Assembly: GCA_038087875.1 (NCBI GenBank)
Contig: CM075994.1
Location: forward strand, 558,001 to 622,000
Direction of reading: 5' to 3'
Origin: Malacoraja senta
Lineage: Eukaryota
Length of the DNA stretch: 64,000 nucleotides
Made by a program: the position numbers and the translations under genes. This document shows positions 41,158 to 51,624 of the stretch, in pieces; the first letter of the stretch is position 1; every line of letters starts with the position of its first letter. Below the pieces are notes generated by a model. That model searched no databases. It was not told where the DNA came from and saw only the letters and a list, made by a program, of their open reading frames with translations.

Positions 41158-43819
41158 GTAGGAACCGGCGGAGCGTTCAAACACAGAGGGGGCAATTAAA
41201 GCATGAAAGTCCAAATAGCAATGGGGTAACAAAGCGGGGTAATTAAACTGAGAGTAACCCCTTCCATCCCATCGGCGCAGCGGTAGATTTGCTGCCTCAC
41301 GGCGCCAGAGACCCGGGTTCGATACTCACTACGGGTGCTGCCTGCACGAAGTTTGTAGGTTCTCCCCGTTTTTTCTACAGGAGCTCCGGTTTCCTCCCAC
41401 ACTCCAAAGACGTAGAAGGTTTGTAGGTTAATTGGCTTCGGTAAAAATGTGAATTGTCCCTGATGTGTGTGGGATAGTGCGAGTGGGCCGAAGGATCGGT
41501 TTCCGCGCTGGTCTAGTGAGACGGGAATGATTTCGCGTTCAGAGACCACCATCTAACGCAAACACTCCGCTTCCCTCTTTGATGGAGCAAGGTTGATATG
41601 TACCTAAGGCAGCGGTGCAGTTGCTGTCTAACAGGACCAGAGACCCGGGTTCGATCCTGACTACGGGTGCTGTCTGCACGGAGTTTGTACGTTCTCCCCG
41701 TGACCGCATGGGTTTTCTCCGTTTGCTCTGGTTTCCTTCCACGCTCCAAAGACGGACCGATTTGTAGGTTAATTGGTTTGGTAAAAACACAAATAATCCC
41801 CAGTACGTGTGGGATAGTGTAGCTGTGCGGGGATCGCTGGTCGGCGCGGACTCGTGGGGCGAAGGTTCTGTTTCCACGCTGTATCTCTGAACAAAACTAA
41901 ACTAAGCTTGTCGTTGGCGGCGAGCTGAATATTGTCACCGGGTGTCAGCGATTGCAATCCCTTGTCGAAGTATGTTTAGGTTAGAGATACAGCATCGACG
42001 CAGGCCCTTCGGCCCCCTTCACGACGACCATCGATCACCGTTCACACTAGCTCTATTTTATCCCTCTTTCGCACCCACTCCCTGCACACCTAGAGGCAAT
42101 TTACAGAGGGCCAATTAACCTACAAACCCGCACGTCTTTGGGAAATGGGAGGATACCAGAGCACCCGGAGGAAACCCACCCGGTCACAGGGAGAACGTAC
42201 AAACTTCACGCAGAGACAGCATCCGGGGTCAGTATATAAAATTGTGAGAGGCACAGATAGGGTAGACAATCAGAACATTTTTTCTCAGAGTGGAAATATC
42301 AAGGACTAGAGGGCATAGGTTTAAGATGAGAGGAGATAAGTTCAAAGGAGCGGGACAAACGTTTTACAGAGGTGGGTGCCTGGAAAGCGCTGCCTGGGGT
42401 GGTGGTGGTGGTAAAAACGATAGTGGCATTTCAGAAGCATTTAGATAGGCACATGCGAATGCAGGGACTGATAGGGTATAGATCACGTGCATGTAGATGA
42501 GAATAGTTTAACTTGCGATCACGTATGGGCATTGTGGGCCGAAAGGCCTGCTCATGTACTGTACCGTTCCGCAGTCTACGTTCTCTTTTACCGAATGGAG
42601 GTGGGACTCAGATCATTGACGGAGTTGTCGGGGACCAAAGAATCAGAGGATATTCATGATGCACAAGGCGGCCTTTCGGCCCGACATGTTGGTGGTGGCC
42701 GCATGTTCTGATCTCTTTAAGCGACGTTGTGCATTAGTGATATTGTCCATCTGTACCTTCGTTACACACCTGCATTTAGCTGCACACCATTGTCCGCAAA
42801 CGGACCCTTCACTCAGTCTATCTTCTACATTTGTTTTCTTGATTCATCTAATGCCCTCGCTAACGGTGTGGGACCGTTGAGAGAGCCAGCATGGGAGCGA
42901 TGGGCCGAAGGGTTTCTCGCGCTGTTGCATTCTTTGGTTGTCCATTTGTTCTTGTTTGTTGTTGCCATTGTTTCTGTTGTGAAGATTTTGAGGTGAGCTT
43001 GCATTTGGCGAGTTATGATCAAACCCGAATGAACTTGTTCCGAGAAAATCTAGAAACACTAGAGACCGTAGAAGATGGAACGCTGAGCAAACTAATAAAC
43101 TGTTGGAAGAACTCAGCCGGTCAGGCAGCATCTGGGGAGAGGTGTGGACAGATGTTTTTCACCAGTACTCTCCTTCCAAACCGTGAAGAAGGGTCCCGAC
43201 CAGGAGACGTCGCCTGTCCATTCCCCTCCACATATAGACACGAGAAGATGGAGTAACTCAGCGGGACAGGCAGAATCTCGGGAGAAAAGATGGGTGACGT
43301 TTCGGGTCGATACCCTTCTTCAGGCCGAGAGTCAGGGGAGAGGCGAGACACAGAGATATGGAAGGGTGGGGAGTGAAAGCGAGATATCAAAGGGAGTGAG
43401 GGGTCAAGGAAAATATAGCAGAGATTATTGTTAGCTGACGGGGAAAGTGACAACGAAGCAAACGGAGATACAATCTAATCAGGGAGATAGTCAGAGAGGG
43501 AAAGCAAGGGTTACTTGAAGTTAGATAAGTCAATATTCATATCATTAGATGTGTAAGCGGCCCAATGAGCTTATAGAAACAGAGGGGATCTTATAGAAAC
43601 AGACGGGATCTTATAGAAACAGAGGGGATCTTTTAGAAACATACATAATTCTTACAGGATAGGACAGGGTAGATGCAGGAAAAGTGTTCCCTATGTTGCA
43701 GGAGTCCAGAACCAGGGGTCACAGATTAATTAAATGGCGGTGCTGACCTGAAGGGCCGAATGTCCTACTCCGACACCTATTTCCTATGTTTCTATGACCC
43801 TTTATCTGTGATGTTGCAG

Positions 43820-43999
43820 CCTCAGAAAGTAGCGTCACCGTGAGCGTCCGTGAGAGAGAAGTGAGCGGGACCATCGGCCACTCGGCCCTTCTCGCCAGAT
43901 GCGACTCCACACCTGATCTCTGGTCCCAGCTAACATTAGTGTGGCGTTTCCACTACAGCACAACTCCGCTTGTGAGACTGAGCCGATCAAACTGCTCTC
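43820..43999 (+). pseudogene. Truncated Ig half-exon A2
   Basis: Copy of A1 in unit 2, with the same acceptor and the same truncation point. Confidence 0.75.
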
Positions 44000-44249
44000 A
44001 CCCCCTCCCACCCTCCCCCCCCTCTCCCACCCACTCATCCTCCCTCTCCCTTTCCCCTGCCATTCCCACTCCCACTCCAATCCCCCACCCTTGCCTTCGC
44101 CGCAGCATGGGTCAGTGTCGTGTTGTCGAGTGGCCTCCAGCTCCCCCCATCGCACATGCTGCCTGACATCACGGTCACACGGGGACGATCGTGTCCCGGG
44201 GCTGGGATTGTAACCGGGACCCGTTGATCCTTTACCTGTTGTGTTGCAG

Positions 44250-44681
44250 CCTCGGGAAGCAGAGTCTCCGTGAGCGTCCGTGAGAGTGAAGTGAACGGGA
44301 CCGTCGGCAGCTCGGCCCTTCTCGCCAGCTGCTACTCTACACTCGGTCCCTGCTCCCAGCTAACATTAGTGTGGCGTTTCCACCCCAGCACAACTCCGCT
44401 TGTGAGACTGAGACGATCAAACTGCTCTCCGCTTGGGAGACTGAGCCAATCAGACTGCCCTCCACACCCTGACCGACCCGGTTGTAACTGTTCAGATGAC
44501 TGGATGGCCGGTCCTTCCCACACGGGGCGCGTCCAACTCTACCCCGAGAATGGGTCCCTGTTACTGCGGGATTTACGGCGCAGTGATAGCGGAGTGTACG
44601 AGATATCGGTTTACAGCGGCGGAAACATCGCTGTTAAAGACAACGTGATATTAACGGTCCACAATTACCACACCGAGACAG
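44250..44681 (+). CDS. IgV-like exon B2
   Basis: 432 nt, phase 1-1, open, with the same acceptor and donor as B1. ASGSRVSVSVRESEVNGTVGSSALLASCYSTLGPCSQLTLVWRFHPSTTP...DSGVYEISVYSGGNIAVKDNVILTVHNYHTET. Confidence 0.85.
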
Positions 44682-47321
44682 GTAGGAACCGGCGGAGCGT
44701 TCAAACACAGAGGGGGCAATTAAAGTATGAAAGTCCAAATAGCAATGGGGTAACAAAGCGGGGTGATTAAAGTGAGCGTAACCCCCTTCCCTCCCATCGG
44801 CGCAGCGGTAGATTTGCTGCCTCACGGCGCCAGAGACCCGGGTTCGATACTCACTACGGGTGCTGCCTGCACGAAGTTTGTACGTTCTCCCCGTTTTTTC
44901 TACGGGAGCTCCGGTTTCCTCCCACACTCCAAAGACGTAGAAGGTTTGTAGGTTAATTGGCTTCGGTAAAAATTTGAATTGTCCCTGATGTGTGTGGGAT
45001 AGTGCGAGTGGGCCGAAGAATCGGTTTCCGCGCTGGTCTAGTGAGACGGGAATGATTTCGCGTTCAGAGACCACCATCTAACGCAGACACTCCGCTTCCG
45101 TCTTTGATGGAGCAAGGTTGATATGTACCTAAGGCAGCGGTGCAGTTGCTGTCTAACAGGACCAGAGACCCGGGTTCGATCCTGACTACGGGTGCTGTCT
45201 GCACGGAGTTTGTACGTTCTCCCCGTGACCGCATGGGTTTTCTCCGTTTGCTCTGGTTTCCTTCCACGCTCCAAAGACGGACCGGTTTGTAGGTTAATTG
45301 GCTTGGTAAAAATACAAATAATCCCCAGTGCGTGTGGGATAGTGTAGGGGTGCGGGGAGCGCTGGTCGGCGCGGACTCGTGGAGCGAAGGTTCTGTTTCC
45401 ACGCTGTATCTCTGAACACAACTAAACTAAGCTTGTCTTTGGCGGCGAGCTGAATATTGTCACCGGGTTTCAGCGATTGCAATCCCTTGTCGAAGTATGT
45501 TTAGGTTAGAGATACAGCATCGACACAGGCCCCTCGGCCCCCTTCACGCCGACCATGGATCACCGTTCACACTAGCTCTATTTTATCCCTCTTTCGCACC
45601 CACTCCCTGCACACCTAGAGGCAATTTACAGAGGGCCAATTAACCTACAAACACGCACGTCTTTGGGAAATGGGAGGATACCAGAGCACCCGGAGGAAAC
45701 CCACCCGGTCACAGGGAGAACGTACAAACTTCACGCACAGATAGCACCCGGGGTCAGTATATAAAATTGTGAGAGGCACAGATGGGTAGACAATCAGAAC
45801 ATTTTTTCTCAGAGTGGAAATATCAAGGACTAGAGGGCATAGGTTTAAGTTGAGAGGAGATAAGTTCAAAGGAGCGGGACAAACGTTTTACAGAGGTGGG
45901 TGCCTGGAAAGCGCTGCCTGGGGTGGTGGTGGTGGTAAAAACGATAGTGGCATTTCAGAAGCATTTAGATAGGCACATGCGTATGCAGGGACTGATAGGG
46001 TATAGACCACGTGCATGTAGATGAGAATAGTTTAACTTGCGATCACGTATGGACATTGTGGGCCGAAAGGCCTGCTCATGTAGTGTACCGTCCCGCAGTC
46101 TACGTTGTCTTTTACCCAATGGAGGTGGGACTCACATCATTGACGGAGTTGTCGGGGACCAAAGAATCAGAGGATATTCATGATGCACAAGGCGGCCTTT
46201 CGGCCCGTCATGTTGGTGGTGGCCGCATGTTCTGATCTCTTTAAGCGACGTTGTGCATTAGTGATATTGACCATCTGTACCTTCGTTATACACCTGCATT
46301 TAGCTGCACACCATTGTCCGCAAACGGACCCTTCACTCAGTCTATCTTCTACATTTGTTTTCTTGATCCATCTAATGCCCTCGCTAACGGTGTGGGACCG
46401 TTGAGAGAGCCAGCATGGGAGCGATGGGCCGAAGGGTTTCTCGCGCTGTTGCATTCTTTGGTTGTGCATTTGTTCTTGTTTGTTGTTGCCGTTGTTTCTG
46501 TTGTGAAGGTTTTGAGGTGAGCTTGCATTTGGAGAGTTATGATCAGACCAGTGTGAACTTGTTCTGAGAAAATCTAGAAACACTAGAGACCGTAGAAGAT
46601 GAACGCTGAGCAAACTAATAAACTGTTGGAAGAACTCAGCGGGTCAGGCAGCATCTGAGGGGAGGTGTGGACAGATGTTTTTCATCAATAATCTCCTTCC
46701 AAACCTTGAGGAAGGGCCCCGACCAGGAGACGTCGCCTGTCCATTGCCCTCCACATATAGACACGAGAAGATGGAGTAACTCGCGGGACAGGCAGAATCT
46801 CCGGAGAAAAGATGGGTGACGTTTCGGGTCGATACCCTTCTTCAGGCTGAGAGTCAGGGGAGAGGCGAGACACAGAGATATGGAAGGGTGGGGAGTGAAA
46901 GCGAGATATCAAAGGGAGTGAGGGTCAGGGAAAATATAGCAGAGATTATTGTTAGCTGACGGGGAAAGTGACAACGAAGCAAACGGAGATACAATCTAAT
47001 CCGGGAGATAGTCAGAGAGGGAAAGCAATGGTTACTTGAAGTTAGATAAGTCAATATTCATATCGTTGGATGTGTAAGCGGCCCAATGATCTTATAGAAA
47101 CAGACGGGATCTTATAGAAACAGAGGGGATCTTTTAGAAACATATACAATTCTTAGCGGATAGGACAGGGTAGATGCAGGAAAAGTGTTCCCTATGTTGC
47201 AGGGAGTCCAGAACCAGGGGTCACAGATTAATTAAATGGCGGTGCTGACGTGAAGGGCCGAATGTCCTACTCCGACACCTATTTTCTAAGTTGCTATGAC
47301 CCTTTATCTGTGATGTTGCAG

Positions 47322-47502
47322 CCTCAGAAAGCAGCGTCACCGTGAGCGTCTGTGAGATAGAAGTGAGCGGGACCATCGGCCACTCGGCCCTTCTCGCCAG
47401 CTGCTACTCCACACCTGACCTCTGGTCCCAACTGACGTTAGTGTGGCGTTTCCACTACAGCACAACTCCGCTTGTGAGACTGAGCCGATCAAACTGGCTC
47501 TC
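47322..47502 (+). pseudogene. Truncated Ig half-exon A3
   Basis: Copy of A1/A2 in unit 3. Confidence 0.7.
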
Positions 47503-47753
47503 ACCCCCTCCCACCCTCTCCCCCCCTCTCCTCCCCACTCATCCTCCCTCTCCCTTTCCCCTGCCATTCCCACTCCCACTCCAATCCCCCACCCTTGCCT
47601 TCGCCGCAGCCTGGGTCAGTGTCGTGTTGTCGAGTGGCCTCCAGCTCCCCCCATCGCAGAAGCTGCCTGACCTCGCAGTCACACGGGGACGATCGTGTCC
47701 CGGGGCTGGGATTGTAACCGAGACCCGTTGACCCTTTACCTGTTGTGTTGCAG

Positions 47754-48147
47754 CCTCGGGAAGCAGAGTCTCCGTGAGCGTCCGTGAGAGAGAAGTGAAC
47801 AGACCGTCGGCCGCTCGGCCCTTCTCGCCAGCTGCTACTCTACACCCGACCACTGCTCCCAGCTAAGACTAGATTGGCGTTTACACCCAGCACAACTCCG
47901 CTGTGAGTCTGAGCCGATCAGACTGCCCTCCACAACCTGACCGACCCGTTGTAACTGTTCAGATGACTGGATGGCCGGACCTTCCCACACGGGGCGAGTC
48001 CACCTCTACCCCGAGAATGGGTCCCTGTTACTGCGGGATTTACGGCGCAGTGATAGCTGAGTGTACGAGATATCGGTTTACAGCGGCGGAAACAGCGCTG
48101 TTAAAGACACGTGACATTAACGGTCCACAATTACCACACTGGGACAG
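47754..48147 (+). pseudogene. IgV-like exon B3, frameshifted as assembled (pseudo-exon or sequencing error)
   Basis: Acceptor and donor are intact. Length is 394 nt, which equals B2 minus the 33-nt internal repeat minus five single-base deletions. Confidence 0.65.
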
Positions 48148-49829
48148 GTAGGAACCGGCGGAGCGTTCAAACACAGAGGGGGTAATTAAAGCATGAAAGT
48201 CCAAATAGCAATGGGGTAACAAAGCGGGTTAACCCCCTTCCCTCCCATCGGCGCAGCGGTAGATTTGCTGCCTCACGGCGCCAGAGACCCGGTTCGATAC
48301 TCACTACGGGTGCTGCCTGCACGAAGTTTGTACGTTCTCCCCGTTTTTTCTACGGGAGCTCCGGTTTCCTCCCACACTCCAAAGACGTAGAAGGGTTGTA
48401 GGTTAATTGCTCGGTAAAATTTTGAATTGTCCCTGATGTGTGTGGGATAGTGCGAGTGGCCGGCGCGGTCTGGGTGGGCCGAAGGATCGGTTTCCGCGCT
48501 GGTCTAATGAGAGGGGAATGATTTCGCGTTCAGAGACCACCATCTAACGCAGACACTCCGCTTCCCTCTTTGATGGAGCAAGGTTGAAATGTACCTAAGG
48601 CAGCGGTGCCAGTTGCTGTCTAACAGGACCAGAGACCCGGGTTCGATCCTGACTACGGGTAGCACCCGTATGGGTTTCTCCGTTTGCTCTGGTTTCCTTC
48701 CACGCTCCAAAGACGGACTGGTTTGTAGGTTAATTGGCTTGGTAAAAATACAAATAATCCCCAGTGCGTGTGGGATAGTGTAGGTGTGCGGGGAGCGCTG
48801 GTCGGCGCGGACTCGTGGGGCGAAGGTTCTGTTTCCACGCTGTATCTCTGAACAAAACTAAACTAAGCTTGTCGTTGGCGGCGAGCTGAATATTGTCAAC
48901 GGGTTTCAGCCGATTGCAATCCCTTGTCGAAGTATGTTTAGGTCAGAGATACAGCATCGACACAGGCCCTTCGGCCCCCTTCACGCCGACCATGGATCAC
49001 CGTTCACACTAGCTCTATTTTATCCCTCTTTCGCACCCACTCCCTGCACACTTAGAGGCAATTTACAGAGGGCCAATTAACCATACAAATCCGCACGTCT
49101 TTGGGAAATGGGAGGATACCAGAGCACCCGGAGGAAACCCACCCGGTCACAGGGAGAACGTACAAACTTCATGCACAGACAGCACCCGGGGTCAGTATAT
49201 AAAATTGTGAGAGGCACAGATGGGTAGACAATCAGAACATTTTTTCTCAGAGTGGAAATATCAAGGACTAGAGGGTATAGGTATAAGATGAGAGGAGATA
49301 AGTTCAAAGGAGCGGGGCAAGCGTTTTACAGAGGTGGGTGCCTGGAAAGCGCTGCCTGGGGTGGTGGTGGTGGTGGTAAAAACGATAGTGGCATCTCAGA
49401 AGCATTTAGATAGGCACAGGGATATGCAGGGACTGATGGGGTATAGATCACGTGCATGTAGATGAGAATAATTTAACTTGGGATCACGTATGGACATTGT
49501 GGGCCGAAAGGGCTGCTCATGTACTGTACCGTTCCGCAGTCAACGTTCTCTTTTACCCAATGGAGGTGGGACTCAGATCATTGACGGAGTTGTCGGGGAC
49601 CAAAGAATCAGAGGATGTTCATGATGCACAAGGCGGCCTTTCGGCCCGTCATGTTGGTGGTGGCCGCGTGTTCTGATCTCTTTAAGCGACGTTGTGCAGT
49701 AGTGATATTGTCCATCTGTACCTTCGTTACACACCTGCATTTAGCTGCACACCATTGTCCGCAAACGGACCCTTCATTCAGTCTATCTTCCACATTTGTT
49801 TTCTTGATCCATCTAATGCCCTCGCTAAT

Positions 49830-50555
49830 GTTCCGCCATTTACTACCATCCTGCTTGGCTACCTTCTCAATTTTCCCGGCTCCCACTCTTTCTCCTCCAC
49901 TCCCCACCCTCCTCCCCATCTGTCCCTCCACTACGCACCCCTTTCTCTCCACCTCCTTTCACACCCTACTCCACAACTCCAACCACTCCCACCCCGGCCT
50001 CCACATCTCCCACCAACTCCAGCACCTCTCCACATTTCCAACCAGCCCGCTCCCCACATCTCCCACCACTCCACACCCTCTCTCCACATCTCCTTCCAGT
50101 CCATGCACTATCTCCACATCTCGCACCATTCCCACCACGGTCTCTACACATCCCTATCACCCACAGTTCCTCTCCACGTTTCCAAACAGCCTCCCATCCC
50201 CGCTCTCCACATCTCCACATCTCCCAAGACCCCCAGACCCCCTTCCCCAATCCCCAGGTCCATCTCCATACCTCGCTCCGCCACAACTCCCTCCACACCT
50301 CCCACCCCCCACTTCCCAATCTAGACCTCCCTCGACTGTCTGCTCCACAAATCCATCCACTCTAACCCCTTCTCTATGCCACACCCTCTCTCCAAATCCC
50401 CCTCCACCCTCACCCCCTACACGTCTCACTCCACTCTCCACGGCCCCTCCAACCCCACTCCCTCTTCACGTCCCCCTCAAACGCCAGCCCTTCTGCTCCC
50501 CGTCCCTTCCACCCAATCCCATCACCACTTTATCTTCCGATAAACATTATTCCAT
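49830..50555. repeat. C-rich low-complexity tract (CTCTCCACATCT-like units)
   Basis: Directly visible. It gives spurious Pro/Ser/His ORFs. Confidence 0.85.
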
Positions 50556-51095
50556 TGTGTAGGAAGGAACTGCACATTTCGGGACCCCGAAACGTCACCC
50601 AATCCTTCTTTCCAGAGATGCTGCTTGTCGCGCTGAGTCACTCGAGCTTTTTATGTCTATCAAACGTTATTCCCTTTATCCCGTATCTGTGCCCTGTAGA
50701 CTGCTTGCTTGTAATCACGAACAGTCTTTCCGCTGACTGGATAGCACGCAACAAACGTGCTTTTAGACACAAAAAGCTGGAATAACTCAGTGGGATAGGG
50801 AGCATCTCTGGAGAGAAGGAATGGGTGGCGTTCAGGTCGAGCCCTTCTTCAGACGAAACGTTTCTCGACCCGAAACGTCACCCATTCCTTCTCTCCAGAG
50901 ATGCTGGCTGTCCCGCTGAGTTATTCAGGCATTTTGAGTCTATCATCTGCCAGCATCTGCAGTTCCGTTTTACACAAACATGCTTTTCACTGTACCTCGG
51001 CATATGGGACAATAATAGCCTAAACGAAACTAATCTAACTCCCAATTCAACCGCGCGAAACTAATCTGATGATCAGTTGATTTATACTGTTTCAG

Positions 51096-51226
51096 TTACA
51101 GAGTATGCTCCGACCGGAGGGACTGCGGCGCCCCCTAAGCCAACAACTGCTTTCTGTCTGCGGGCGTTGGTCCTTGGAAGTCTGACCTTATTCGGGATAT
51201 GCCTGTATGCGATCTACAGATACTAA
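51096..51226 (+). CDS. Terminal stalk and transmembrane exon: VTEYAPTGGTAAPPKPTTAFCLRALVLGSLTLFGICLYAIYRY*
   Basis: Acceptor TACTGTTTCAG| in phase 1, in frame with the Ig exons. It encodes a Pro/Thr stalk and a ~23-aa hydrophobic segment, stopping at TAA 51224-51226. It is an island of unique sequence among repeats. Confidence 0.8.
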
Positions 51227-51419
51227 GTGAGAAGAGACAGCGGGAACTCCGGGTTCTCGCGAAGGTTTTCATATTCGGACTGTGCGGAGCTTTAAAATCC
51301 AAGTGCACCTCGTCCCGGGATTTTGTAAAGAATAATCCAATAATGGCACGGCAGCCTCATTCCTCAAAACATTAACTTTGATGTGTTGTGGTTATTGGGA
51401 AAATAACGATGATAAACAA

Positions 51420-51425
51420 AATAAA
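51420..51425 (+). promoter_or_regulatory. Candidate polyadenylation signal of the Ig receptor gene
   Basis: AATAAA about 195 nt after the stop codon, before repeat sequence resumes. Confidence 0.5.
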
Positions 51426-51590
51426 CACATTATCCTTGACTACATTCAGGATGTTCGTAATTGATAGATTTTTTCATTAAATTGATTGAAAGATACACAG
51501 CATTGAAACAGGTACTTTGGCCCACCGAAGATAGACACAACATTCTGAGTAACTCAGCGGACAGGCCCCATCTCGGGAGAGAAGGAATGG

Positions 51591-51624
51591 GTGACGTTTC
51601 GGGTCGAGACCCTTCTTCAGACTG
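51591..51624 (-). ncRNA. Minimal hammerhead-ribozyme-like motif in a Penelope-type terminal repeat (representative copy)
   Basis: Minus strand reads CAGU-CUGAAGA-A-GGGUC-UC-GACCC-GAA-ACGU-C-AC: CUGANGA core, stem II hairpin, GAA, palindromic ACGU stem III and GUC cleavage triplet. Confidence 0.6.

Larger units (their letters stand above)
39344..49828 (+). repeat. Triplicated ~3.5-kb tandem segment (39344-42863, 42864-46387, 46388-49828)
   Basis: The same ordered content appears three times with high identity: pLTR repeat, CR1 piece with 20-bp internal repeats, Ig half-exon, C-rich tract, full Ig exon, V-SINEs, CR1 piece. Junctions read ...GCCCTCGCTAA|CGGTGTGGGACC. Confidence 0.95.

Noticed and set aside
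41158..41246. ORF-track extension GRNRRSVQTQRG... with an apparent furin site (also 44682-44770)
   Set aside because: It lies past the ACAG|GTAGGA donor and is most likely intron read-through. The GTG starts in the ORF track are also artefacts of exon structure.
40729..48200. Tandem V exons as RAG-rearranging Ig/TCR V segments
   Set aside because: The exons include their own G strand, end in splice donors and lack the Y-x-C motif. The downstream CACAGAG has no properly spaced ACAAAAACC nonamer.
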